Shown here: positions 13,573 to 26,991 of the stretch, one piece after another | Position numbering within the stretch: position 1 is the stretch's first letter | Layout of the letters: every line of letters starts with the position of its first letter | Assembly: GCA_964016885.1 (NCBI GenBank) | Contig: OZ024749.1 | Span: forward strand, 55,490,001 to 55,554,000 | Source of the DNA: Eledone cirrhosa | Taxonomy: Eukaryota | DNA: 64,000 nucleotides | Reading direction: 5' to 3' | Notes under the pieces: model-generated | The model's database searches: none | What the model saw: the letters and a program-made list of their open reading frames with translations, nothing else | Told to the model about the DNA's origin: nothing | Translations under genes and position numbers: made by a program

Positions 13573-16500
13573 CATGTGTGTGTGTGTTTAAGTGAGAGAA
13601 AAGTACACATATGCAAAATATACATAGATACATAATATACACAAGCAGACAAACCCATAGAGAGATATATAAACACCTACACATGCACACACAACACAGA
13701 GATAAGGGAATATATATATATATATATAAATACATACAGTGTATACACACACACACACACACATACACATAGATATATACACACAAATACAAAATAAATA
13801 AATAAATAGAACTAAAAAACAGACACTCATTTAAATGAGGGGCAATATTTTACAGCCAGATGCTGTTCCTGACACCAAACCACAGGACTTTTGGGGGCAA
13901 TATTATACAATTAAATGCCCTTCCTGGGGGTGCTTTTTGGGGGGCAATATTATACAACTAGATGCCCTTCCTGAGGGACTTTTTGGGGGCAATATTATAC
14001 AACTAGATGCCCTTCCCGACATCAACCCTTTTAGTTGTTTCTTATGACACGCACATATTTGTAAATTTGTAAAGAAAACATTTACAGCTTCAAGGAAAGA
14101 TTGATTTATATGTTAGAGTTTGTGTCTGTCTCTGTGAGTGAGTGTGTGTGTGTGTGGATGGGAGTGTGTGGTAGTGTGTTTGTGTGTGACAGTGTGAGTG
14201 TGTGACTGAGTGTGACTGAGTGTGAGTGTGAGACAGTGTGAGTGTGTGACAGTGTGAGTGTGTGACAGTGAGTGTGTGACAGTGTGAGTGTGAGTGTGTG
14301 ACAGTGTGAGTGTGTGCGTGACAGTGTGAGTGTGTGTGTGACAGTGTGAGTGTGTGTGTGTGACAGTGCGCGAGTTTACAGGTGCAGTGGTTCACATGCT
14401 TAATCAATGTCCTGACAGAGTCGTGTATACTGTAAGTCTAATACAATAGTTTAGAGTCAGGTTGAGATCTAAGATCAACTTCGTCATTTCCAACGCCACA
14501 AGGATCACCTTTCACTTATAACTGTTTGATGGATTAAGTTTCAGTCATATGTAATTGTTTCTCCCTTTTGGCACAAGGCCAGGAATTATCCATATATTAC
14601 TGGTACTTTATTTCATCAACCTCGAAAGGCAAAGTTAACCTCGGCGGGATTTGAACTCAGATCATAAATATATAATGTTGATGTATTTGGCATTGTTTCA
14701 TTAACTGAAACACCTACTCATAATATTAGTACTAATGTCACAATAAAATACACCCAGTCCACTCTGTAAAGTGGTAGTGCTGGTGTCAATAGAATACACC
14801 CAGTCCACTCTGTAAAGTTGTAGTGCTGGTGTGTCAATAAAATGCAAGGACATAAGACATCACCCAGTCCAGGAATTGAACTCACAACCTCATGATTGTG
14901 AATCCAATTCTCTAACCACTCAGCCACATTCCTTCACATGGTTAATCCAAGGTTATGTTTAAAAAGACAACCAAGTTCCCTGGCCGTGGGATCAAAACCT
15001 ACCCCTTATGATTATGAATAAAAGCAACCTATTAACCACTTGGCCATATCGGCTGGCATGGTAACATAGTTGATCAATTTAATTGATTGAACCCCAGATG
15101 GTGGCATGTGAGGAGAAATCAATACAAGATTAGTTTTGGGTGTATACAAGATTGTGTATGAGGGTATGTATGTGTACCATGTTCTTATGTGTGATTAGTG
15201 TGTGTGTCTGTATACCAAATATATGATATGTATTGTGTGTGTGTGTAAGTGTATGAGAGTTTAAACATATGCTACCATTAGTATGGTAGATGTGAAGTTA
15301 AGAGTGTATGTATATATGTATATATGTGAAGGAGGGACAGAGAGAGAGGGACAGATAGAGGAAGAGATAGAAAGATAGAGTGGGAGAGGGAAAGAGACAA
15401 AGAATGGCAAGGAGGTTGGTGTTGGGAAGAAGAGAGTCCAGGATCTTATCTTAACAGCAGCATCAATTTACTAAAGTGCCAACACTAATAGTAGCTTGGG
15501 TTCCAATAACAAACTCCCACCACCACCATAACACCAACACCAACACTACCAACAACACTACCACAACACCACAACACTACACTACCACAACACCACTACC
15601 ACCACAACAACACCTCCACATCACTACCACTACAACACCAACACCACAACACTACCACCACCACCACCATCACCACTACCACAATAACAACAACAACAAA
15701 CATACAAATTCTGTTCAAGTTCCTTCTAAGTTGGACAAAATTAAATGGATGAAAAAAAAGAAAAGTGAGGATGGAATCTAAGATTCTAAACATGGCTACA
15801 TTTGGTTAATAGTAGTAAATCTCTGACAGTTCAAAAATACCCCCTCCTCCCTCTCTATCTCCCTCTCTCACGTCCCACCTCTCTCTCATCCCACTTACAC
15901 CTGACACACATTCTTAATAGTCAACACACATACACAAAACACACATATACCTACATATGTATACACACACATGTATATACGTACATATATACATACATGA
16001 ATACATATGTTCATATATTTACACATACATACATATATCTATACATCTATACATACATAAATACATCTATACATACATAAATACATCTATACATACATAC
16101 ATACATACATACACACACACAAACACACAGCTGTAACCACTCACAGACCCCTCACTCACACATGTGTTTTTCTTTTTTTGCTTCTAAAATCCTGCAATCA
16201 CAAAGTACATATATACATACATATATATAGACATAAACATGCATATATACACAGACATATACATACATACATATATACATAGACATACATATATATATAT
16301 ATATACACAGACATATACATACATATATATATAGACATAAACATACATATATACACAGACATACATATATATATACATACATACATATACATATTTATAT
16401 ACATACATACATATACATACATATATATACATACATACATACATACATACAGACATATACATATATATACACAGACATATACATACATATATACACAGAT

Positions 16501-16604
16501 GTAACCATGCAAAACATGGGTTTTATTTCCTCACATACACATATTTTCACCATGCACACAAACACACACATCATATCATATGCATATACATACGTGTATA
16601 TATT

Positions 16605-16712
16605 ATTTATTTAACTTTGCCTTTCATCCTTACGGGGTCGATAAAATAAAGTACCAGTAATACACTGAAATAATTGCTGGCCTTGTGCCAAAAGTAGAAA
16701 CAATTATTTATT
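16605..16712 (+). mobile_element. SINE family A, 5'-truncated
   Basis: Core and 3' part: CTTTGCCTTTCATCCTTACGGGGTCGATAAAATAAAGTACCAG...GTGCCAAAAGTAGAAAC. Confidence 0.8.
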
Positions 16713-16765
16713 TTACTTAAAATACTCCTCCTCCCCCTAATACCCACTATACTTACTTTCACACA

Positions 16766-16809
<44 letters not shown>

Positions 16810-17378
16810 AAACCATTGAGAGAGCCTCTATGTGGTGACACAAACCACTAGAAATAGCAGCTAAAAATCCTTACTATCTTTTTTTTAAAAAAGGACATAT
16901 ATTGTAGAATGTAGCAATCTGATTTAAAATTGACCCCCCCCCCCCCCAAATGGGTCAGGCAACTCTACAGCTGGATGCACTTCCTAACGCCAACTACATT
17001 ACAGTATGGACTGGGTGCTTTTTACCGTGACACCAAAATGACTATTTAACAGGGTGGAGGACTTTGGTGTTGTTGCATCGTGGAACCAACATGAGCACCT
17101 ACCTTGCAGGGTGGACTGGGCGCTTTTTGTCATGTCTACTTTCTTAGTAGCAAGAAAAAAAAAAAAAAAGAAAAAAAAACGTGGGGGGGGGGGGGTATTT
17201 AAATAAACAATGGGATGGCCACAGCTGGAAAATCTTTTATCATTGATCTGATGGATCAGATATCAATCACCCCATCCTGGTGGTACACAACAACAACAAC
17301 TACAGTAACAGGGGGAATATTATGGTTGCTCGATTTGTTAAAAATAGAAAAATCTCCGCCTACATAATGTTTAAATAG

Positions 17379-17568
17379 TAATTGTTTCTACTTTTGGCAC
17401 AAGGCCAGCAATTACCCAGTGCATTACTGGTACTTTATTTTATTGACCCCGTAAGGATGAAAGGCAAAGTCAACCTCGGCGGGATTTGAACTCAGATCGT
17501 AAAGGGATGTAACTATGCTGGAAAGCATGGTGTCCGACCCTCTACTGATACTGCCAATCCACCACCCC
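17379..17568 (-). mobile_element. tRNA-derived SINE (family A) whose head seeds the adjacent minisatellite
   Basis: Minus strand has A-box TGGCAGTATCAG, B-box GAGTTCAAATCC and core GCCTTTCATCCTTACGGGGTCAATAAAATAAAGTACCAG. Confidence 0.85.
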
Positions 17569-19143
17569 AGCATGGTGTCCTACCCTCTACTGATACTGCC
17601 AATCCACCGCCCTAGCATGGTGTCCGACCCTCTACTGATACTGCCAATCCACCACCCCAGCATGGTGTCCTACCCTCTACTGATACTGCCAATCCACCAC
17701 CCCTAGCATGGTGTCCGACCCTCTACTGATACTGCCAATCCACCGCCCTAGCATGGTGTCCTACCCTCTACTGATACTGCCAATCCACCACCCTAGCATG
17801 GTGTCTGACCCTCCACTGATACAGCCAATCCACCACCCTAGCATGGTGTCCGACCCTCTACTGATACTGCCAATCCACCACCCTAGCATGGTGTCCTACC
17901 CTCCACTGATACTGCCAATCCACCGCCCTAGCATGGTGTCCGACCCTCTACTGATACTGCCAATCCACCACCCCAGCATGGTGTCCGACCCTCTACTGAT
18001 ACTGCCAATCCACCACCCTAGCATGGTGTCCGACCCTCTACTGATACTGCCAATCCACCACCCCAGCATGGTGTCCTACCCTCTACTGATACTGCCAATC
18101 CACCGCCCTAGCATGGTGTCCGACCCTCTACTGATACTGCCAATCCACCACCCCAGCATGGTGTCCGACCCTCTACTGATACTGCCAATCCACCACCCAG
18201 CATGGTGTCTGACCCTCTACTGATACTGCCAATCCACCACCCTAGCATTGTGTCTGACCCTCCACTGATACAGCCAATCCACCACCCTAGCATGGTGTCC
18301 GACCCTCTACTGATACTGCCAATCCACCACCCTAGCATGGTGTCCGACCCTCTACTGATACTGCCAATCCACCACCCCAGCATGGTGTCTGACCCTCTAC
18401 TGATACTGCCAATCCACCACCCTATCATGGTGTCTGACCCTCTACTGATACTGCCAATCCACCACCCCAGCATGGTGTCTGACCCTCTACTGATACTGCC
18501 AATCTACCACCCCCAGCATGGTGTCTGACCCTCTACTGATACTGCCAATCCACCACCCTAGCATGGTGTCTGACCCTCTACTGATACTGCCAATCCACCA
18601 CCCTAGCATGGTGTCTGACCCTCTACTGATACTGCCAATCCACCACCCTAGCATGGTGTCCGACCCTCTACTGATACTGCCAATCCACCACCCCAGCATG
18701 GTGTCTGACCCTCTACTGATACTGCCAATCCACCACCCTAGCATGGTGTCTGACCCTCTACTGATACTGCCAATCCACCACCCCAGCATGGTGTCTGACC
18801 CTCTACTGATACTGCCAATCTACCACCCCCAGCATGGTGTCTGACCCTCTACTGATACTGCCAATCCACCACCCTAGCATGGTGTCTGACCCTCTACTGA
18901 TACTGCCAATCCACCACCCTAGCATGGTGTCTGACCCTCTACTGATACTGCCAATCCACCACCCTAGCATGGTGTCCGACCCTCTACTGATACTGCCAAT
19001 CCACCACCCCAGCATGGTGTCTGACCCTCTACTGATACTGCCAATCCACCACCCTAGCATGGTGTCCGACCCTCTACTGATACTGCCAATCCACCACCCT
19101 AGCATGGTGTCTGACCCTCTACTGATACTGCCAATCTACCGCC
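17524..19143. repeat. 45-bp minisatellite (about 36 copies) derived from the SINE 5' head
   Basis: Unit AGCATGGTGTCYGACCCTCTACTGATACTGCCAATCCACCACCCY; 15-aa periodicity in the ORF track; matches the SINE head at 39234-39270. Confidence 0.95.
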
Positions 19144-19307
19144 ATTGTTTAAATAATAATAAACACGAGTAGATTAGATAAGGTAGTTCTAGATAGTGTC
19201 TGAATATAAGACAGGATGGTCGAGGACAGAATTACTGTAGGTCACCTTGACCTATAACTCTTTCCTAAATCTAAGAAGCCCGGAAAAAGGGACCAAAAAC
19301 TATGGAT

Positions 19308-19430
19308 CCCATCATCATCATCATCATCCTGCCTGACAGCTCTCCTTAGCATCCCGCTCCATGTGTTTCTGTCCGCCAGTCTAACATGGGACAGGCCAAG
19401 CCTAGCTTGATCCTGACGGACATCCAAGTA
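19308..19430 (-). mobile_element. RTE-like LINE 3' fragment
   Basis: Translation DVRQDQARLGLSHVRLADRNTWSGML (A.DR..W motif) running into a (GAT)n tail. Confidence 0.6.
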
Positions 19431-19688
19431 TGTTTAATATATAGATAGAACTTGGGTTTAAAAAGTTCAGCAAATTTGTTAACTAGGGTGTGATGGGTCT
19501 ACATAGACCAAATGAGTACTGAAGTGGGGTTGCTGATCTCCCAGACAGGCCAGGGATCTGCATCTCACTTATAGTGTAGTTTTTATACAACACACTTTGT
19601 ACCTAACACTATATTATCCTATGTAACCTAAATTTCTAAGAATATTAGTGTGTGATTTAAGGCAGATTTGGCTGCTATTTCTAGGGCA

Positions 19689-19828
19689 GTGGATTGGCAG
19701 TATTGGTAGTGTGTCATACACCATGCTTTGTGGCATGGAGTTACAGCTCCTTAACGTTCTAATTACAAATGCCACCAGGTTTGCCTTTCATCCTTACGGG
19801 GGGGGGGGGGGGGGGGTCGATAAAATAG
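19689..19828 (+). mobile_element. SINE family A
   Basis: GTGGATTGGCAGTATTGG (A-box) ... GCCTTTCATCCTTACGGG...GTCGATAAAAT. Confidence 0.75.
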
Positions 19829-20631
19829 ATTTGTACCTAAACCAGAAACCATTATTTCTAGCACCAGTTGTTACAGCCTGTAATGAATTATGTAAGGTAG
19901 TGTGTGATTTGAGGTAGATTTAGCTACTATTTCTAGCAACCATTAACCATGTAGTGTCCTCTTTACTTTTACAGCATGTAACAAGGCAAGGAAGAAAGAT
20001 CCTTTAGGGTTTATGATTCAGTAAAGTCTTTACTTCACAAGTTGGTTACAATTACTTCTGACTATGTAAAATGATATGAAAGAAAATCTTCCATTTTTCA
20101 CTTCCAACAGAAAAACTGGATTTTTGTTGTTTATTTTATTTCTTACAGTGTTTTTTGTGCCTTTTTTGTCAGTTTTCACTATTTGTATTTTTTAAGATAT
20201 CTACAGTTTTTATTTTTAGTTTCGGGTTTTTTAGAGTGTATATTTTTTTTTCACTATTTGTTTAGCATCTATTTATTTGTTGCCGTTTTGTTTTTTTATT
20301 AGTTAATACCTTCACCTCCACCGTATAGGTAAAGAGTTACATACATACTTTGTAATTATATATGTATGTGTTTATGTAAGTACATATATGTATGTTAGTA
20401 TTTTTGTATATGGTGTCTGTGTAGCCTAAAAACAAAACTCTTGAAACCATCAAGCACCCCCCCCCCCTCACTCTCGTTTACAGTTCCAAATGTGTCTTCT
20501 GTCTGGTGATAAATGTGTGTGAGTAAGTCAGGCAGCACAAGGCAAAAACTGACACTTTGTTAGCCCTCTTGCAAAAACTGTTAGCCCTCTCAAACATCAT
20601 CACACCTAACACTCATTTAAAAGTCAGTTAA

Positions 20632-21154
20632 CCCTCTTGAAAACATCCTCATGCACCACCCTTATTTAAAATTCGGTTTTATACAAGCTAGAGTAAGTTT
20701 GTTGGGTTTACACACAAAGCCACTCTCTATGGTTTTCAAATAATTATGAAAATATTCAAGGATTTGAAGGGATTTAGTAATATACATAACATTCTCATTA
20801 CTAAGGTGGTATTTGGAACATAACTTAACAAAAGTTCTGATATAAAATTATGATGGAAGGTTGGTTATAAATATAAATAAACAGTGGAAGGAAACTGCAG
20901 AGGAGGCAGACCAAGAAAGACCTGGGCAGAGGTGGTGAGAGCTGATAAGTTTAATTAGAGTGATGGACAGAGGTGGTGAGAGCTGACCTGAAGATTACTG
21001 AGACTCACTGAGAAGATGACAAAGGAACGTGAGATGTTGGGCTGAGAAGGACCTGTCCAACCCATGCTAGCATGGAATAACAGACGTGATGATGATGAAA
21101 CAGTTTTCTATGACAGAATGAGGGCCAGTTTCAGGTGACTTGGTAGTGAAGGGG
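20632..21154. mobile_element. Possible degenerate piggyBac-like MITE with a nested LINE 3' end
   Basis: TTAA|CCCTCTT at the left end and GAAGGGG|TTAA at the right end. Confidence 0.45.
20882..21098 (+). mobile_element. RTE-clade LINE 3' end with (GAT)n tail
   Basis: Encodes VEGNCRGGRPRKTWAEVVRAD, the RTE C-terminal GRP..TW motif, followed by CCTGTCCAACCCATGCTAGCATGG...GATGATGAT. Confidence 0.75.
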
Positions 21155-21284
21155 TTAAAGGATTAGTAACTATTTTTATCAGTATCTGTCAGGGGTAAAA
21201 TATTAAACAATTGTTCATAGAAGCAGAAACTGGAAGACATGTTAGTGTTAACATAGTTAATGTAGTGAATATTATTAAACTGAG

Positions 21285-22122
21285 AGAAGAGTGTGAGGGA
21301 GTGTGAGAGTGTGAGGGAGTGGGAGTGTGTGAGAGAGTGAGAGAGTGGGAGGGAGTGGGAGTGTGTGAGGGAGTGAGAGAGTGGGAGGGAGTGGGAGTGT
21401 GTGAGGGAGTGAGAGAGTGGGAGGGAGTGGGAGTGTGTGAGGGAGTGAGAGAGTGGGAGGGAGTGGGAGTGTGTGAGGGAGTGAGAGTGTGTGAGAGATG
21501 GAGAGAGTGAGAGAAAAAGAGAGATAGGACATAATAGGAGAATGAGAGTGAGGGAGAAGATAATAGTGAGAGTGAGGGAGAAGATAATAGTGAGAGAGAG
21601 AGAGAGAAAAAGAGAGGAAAGAAGGGAAGAGAGAAAAAGAGAGGAAAGAAGGGAAGAGAGAAAGGGAGAGGAAAGAAGGGAAGAGAGAAAGGGAGAGGAA
21701 AGAAGGGAAGAGAGAAAGAGAGAGGAAAGAAGGGAAGAGAGAAAGAGAGAGGAAAGAAGAGGAGAGAGAAAGGGAGAGCAAAACATAGGAAAAGAGATGA
21801 GAGTGAGAGAGAGAGGGAAAATTAAAAATGAAAAAGGAATATCCAATAAGGAACAAAGACAATCTGATAAAAAATATAGGGGAGAGAGGGGGGAGAAGAC
21901 AGAGAGAGAAAGATGGGGAAGAGAGAGAGAGGGGGGAAGAGAGAGAGAGGGGAAGAGAGAGGGCGAGAAGAGAGAGAGAGGGGAAGAGAGAGAGAGGGGA
22001 AGAGAGAGAGGGGAAGAGAGAGAGGGGGAAGAGAGAGAGAGGGGGAAGAGAGAGAGAGGGGGAAGAGAGAGGGCAGGAAGAGAGAGGGCAGGAAGAGAGA
22101 GAGGGGAGAGATAGAGAGGAAG
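21285..22122. repeat. Polypurine tract with 36-bp and 28-bp sub-repeats
   Basis: Direct reading. Confidence 0.9.
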
Positions 22123-22826
22123 ACCAATAATCATTTGTGAAAAGAAATTATTTCTGAGCTTATTATTATTATTATGAACTGTTATTGTTGTTGTTGTTGG
22201 TCATGGTGTTTTTCATCATCATCATCATCATTATTACCATCATTGCTATTATTGTAGCTGTCTGGTTTCACCCTACCTACACACCACCACCACTACTACT
22301 ACTAATGCCCGCCACCCCCACCTCACCACTACAAGTGCCACCCCCACCACTACAAGTGCCACCACCCCCACCACTACAAGTGCCACCACCCCCACTACTA
22401 GTGCCACCAGCCCCAACACCAACACCACCACCACCACCACCACTGCCTGGTACAGTGAACACTGTAGAATAGCAGGAAATTTTCCAAGTGAATTACTCGG
22501 CAGAGTGCCACTTGGAAAACACACACAGACACATATTACTCTTGAACACAGAATAGTCAATAACAGTCACCAACAACAACAACAATAGTACAAAGACCAA
22601 CAACAACAACTATAGTACCAAGACCAACACCACCAACAACAGTACTAAAACCAACAACAACAACTATAGTACCAAGACTAAGACCTCCACCAACAACAAC
22701 TAAAATACTAACACCAACACCAACTATAATACCAATATCACCACTACCAGCAACATCATCACCACATCATCAAAACTAAATCCACCATCTTCAATACCAC
22801 ACCAGAAAGAGAAACAAAGTCAGTCA

Positions 22827-23023
22827 TATCTGGCAGAATTCTCTCATCTCTCTGTTCAAACAAACCGTAACTGGTCACTCATACTGATGTTAAGGTATTG
22901 TTCTCAAAATAAATAATATCAAAATCTCGGATTTGATATATTGTGAGATAATTATGTGAGGTAAAGCCTTTACTTTATATATACTATTGTATTTTCATGG
23001 TAATGTAAATGTTAAATGGTTAA
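22827..23023. mobile_element. Partial copy of the same piggyBac-like MITE with a single monomer of the 72-bp unit
   Basis: Aligns with 52273-52400 (CAGAATTCTCTCA...CTCATACTGATGTTAAGGTATTGTTCTCAAAATAAATAA) and ends GTAAATGTTAAATGGTTAA. Confidence 0.75.
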
Positions 23024-23438
23024 TTCACTGAGTCTTAAAATTCACCTTAATTCACCGAGTCTAAAGAAAGTAACCAGTAGAAGACAATATTGCATTAAGA
23101 AATGGTATGGCACCACAAGAAAAGATAAGAAAAGACAAAAATGGAGGGAAATAAAGAAAATATTTATCAATATGATATCATGGTACAAGAAATAATTAGA
23201 GAGACATGAAGAAGACATGTCTACCTAGCGAGACTAACATAGGAAAAAACAGAACGAGAGAGATTTATATTGTGAAGAGGGGGGGGGGGGCTATGATGAA
23301 ACAAGTGAGCAGCATATACAATACATGAATAAGAATATCAGAATAAGAAAACAATACAGTTAGTATATAGAACAAGAATATAAGAATAGCATTACAAATA
23401 CAGAATACAGCATTATGATAATAGAATAAAAAATACAA

Positions 23439-24311
23439 TCTATATATATAAAACTGTGGTTGTCTGTCTGTCTATCGATTTTTGGCACACATCTCCTCTT
23501 AGAATCTCTCACGGAATTGCACCGAAATTGCTATACTTGTACATTGAGCCCTAGCGAAGACATCGGAAAAAAAAATATTTCAAATTGACCCACCCTATGT
23601 GACGAAATCGAATATAATGTATCGATTTTTGAGCGTAAGTTATCAGTTATTTCCCTTTGTTCTGTTTACATTGAGCGTCTTACGTAAAAAATTATGCTGG
23701 CTTTAACAGTTGTAGAGCCAGCAAAATATTGACCTGCAAAATTCATCAGTTCGAACACTAAGCTTCCGTTTTGCTTCATTTCCATTTAAAAGCATTTTAA
23801 AACAATATTTTTACTTGAAAACAAGTCTATTTAAAGACTACGTAAAACAAGCAAATATTTCGTCGTTAGGCGTGCAGACAGACAGTCGTGCAGACAGACA
23901 GTCGTGCAGACAGACAGTCGTGCAGACAGACAGTCGTGCAGAGAGGTGATATAGGCGTGCAGACAGACAGTCGTGCAGAGAGGTGATATAGGCGTGCAGA
24001 CAGACATAACTGATAATTTGGTTACGCTAATGTTTTTCTCTGCGTTGCAGTGTTTACATTTTCGATCTTTGTTAATAAATAACCAGTGCAGTTTCTATCC
24101 CCAGCATCCTCTTTTGTTATAACATTCGGGTTATCGTTATGTTTTCTTAACTTCATAAGGCATATTGTTGGTTGAGGGAATATTAATCAAAAACACCACA
24201 TGCAAGTCTGCACAGTAGACACTACAGTTTTTAAGCCAAGAAAGAAACTTAACATTGTAACTTTAACACAGCTACTGAGCGACCCCGAGCAACGCCGGGC
24301 TTTACTGCTAG
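23439..24311 (+). mobile_element. Non-autonomous Helitron, complete termini
   Basis: Starts TCTATATATATAAA after an A, has a subterminal GC hairpin CCCGAGCAACGCCGGG (24284-24299), ends CTAG before a T. A|T insertion with no TSD, interrupting an AGAAT-rich host tract. Internal 16-bp tandem repeat at about 23870-24005. Confidence 0.85.
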
Positions 24312-24345
24312 TACAGAATAGAATAGAACACAGAATGACAGAATA

Positions 24346-25350
<1,005 letters not shown>

Positions 25351-26017
25351 ATATAGAATGAGTATATAGAATTAGAATAACCAAACATGAATACAGGAAT
25401 ATCCCAAAACAGACACCAAATCTGACAAAGAATACTTTTAAAAAATCTCTATCTTTCCCTCTCTTTAGGGAAGAAAAAAAAAAATGGTATTTAGAATTCA
25501 GACAATTCTATATAAAATTGATTATTTACAGACAGATATTGTATCTTAAAATGGGGAAGGGTTGTAGAAATCTTAGTTTAAATAATGCTGTTGATCCTAG
25601 ATATACTGTTTAAAACCAAATAGATGGACATGGTTGGAAGAGCTTTAAGCAAAGATCAGTAAAATTAGAATGATAGGTGAAAGTGGTGAGAAGCAGATCT
25701 CAGATCACTGAGACTCACAGAGGAGAGATGAGATGCTGAAAAGGATCTGTCCAACCCATGCTAAAATGGAAAAATGGACGTAAAAATGATGATGATGAAC
25801 TTGAAACAAAAGATCAACTATGAATTTAAACCAAACTCATTAAGACAATTAACAGCTCACACTTCCATTGTTATTAATCGTTATATTTTGAACATTATGA
25901 AGACTGAACTGTAATTAAGGAAACTTATTTGAAGCCTAACAAGGATATGATGTGATAAAGAGTTCCATCTGGACAAAGTAATAAAGCAGGAAACATTAAT
26001 AAGTTGTACCTTATCAA

Positions 26018-26054
<37 letters not shown>

Positions 26055-26227
26055 CAGTGTGTGTGTCAAAAGAGGAAGTTTTACCTGATCAATGAGTGTG
26101 TGTGTGTGTGTGTGTGTGTTTGTATGGAGACATGGTCAATACTAGGCCTTGAAACCTTAGGTAGCGCTTTAGTTCTGTGTATGAACATAAACAAATAATA
26201 TATATAATATATATACATGCTGTCAAT

Positions 26228-26384
26228 GTGGTTGGCATTAAGAAGGGCATCCAGCAATAGAAAACCAGCCAGAAATACCCTAATATGAGCGAGACACGGT
26301 CACCCGACCCAACTTACCTCTAAATGGGACCTGTCTAACCCATGCTAACATGGAAGATAGACGTTAATGGATGATGATGATGAT
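26228..26384 (+). mobile_element. (GAT)n-tailed SINE (family B) sharing its 3' end with the RTE LINE
   Basis: GTGGTTGGCATTAAGAAGGGCATCCAGC...GTCTAACCCATGCTAACATGGAAGATAGACGTTAATGGATGATGATG. Related copies at about 4675, 9725, 25745, 28981, 29108, 34620, 42925, 49057 and 56078. Confidence 0.8.
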
Positions 26385-26595
26385 ATATATATATATGAAT
26401 CAGATTGATATGATATGACTTAAAGTCTCCTCTTTTGACAGTTGTTTTACCTTCTTCCTTGTACATCCATTTTACAAACAACATTTACAATATGTTCTAA
26501 ATTGTGTCTTTGTAGGGCAAGTAGATAAGATTGCATGCAAGGTTTTCATGTATTTTTCCATGTAAAAGAGTGCGACTTACACATGAATACATATG

Positions 26596-26631
<36 letters not shown>

Positions 26632-26802
26632 TATACATATGCATGCATGTCTCTGTGTGTGCGTAGATGCATATAAGTGTATAAGAGAACATTTAGTCAT
26701 TTTACGGATGTTTTAAACAAACATTGCATTTCACATATAACAAAAAAAGAATTACATGAAACATAATCCAAGAAAGGTTTTTAAAATAAAGTAAAAACTT
26801 AC

Positions 26803-26991
26803 TTTTATCGAGTCAAAACAAGCTGTCACGCGTCCATTTTGTACTTCTACGTGAGAGGGCGGATGAGCAAATTTGCATTCTGTTTCGGAGCGTGTGCATT
26901 TGTTCCTCTGGAACTCGCGGCAAACTTCCAGTGTCAGCCATCGCGAGTCTTTGACGTTAGCAAGATTAAGCATAGGGTTAACCATGGCCAT
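26803..26991 (-). CDS. mbl: Muscleblind/MBNL RNA-binding splicing regulator, first coding segment (63 codons: complete CCCH ZnF1 plus the first Cys of ZnF2)
   Basis: Translation [63 protein letters not shown] has the MBNL signature [10 protein letters not shown] and C-x7-C-x6-C-x3-H spacing. It ends ATA AAA|GTAAGT (donor GT at 26802-26801, phase 0), the intron position known after ACFDSLK-type sequence in MBNL genes. Confidence 0.97.

Noticed and set aside
14845-14937. tRNA-like sequence with A and B boxes
   Set aside because: No closed cloverleaf and it continues into a repeat body, so it is a SINE head rather than a tRNA gene.
17515-19172. CRISPR-like or repeat-protein interpretation of the 45-bp array (also the 42-bp and 72-bp arrays)
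   Set aside because: Units are head-to-tail with no unique spacers, there are no cas genes, the context is eukaryotic, and two of the arrays trace to TE sequence.
26752-26802. ORF extension [16 protein letters not shown] after SIK
   Set aside because: Read-through past a consensus GTAAGT donor; MBNL similarity stops at the donor.
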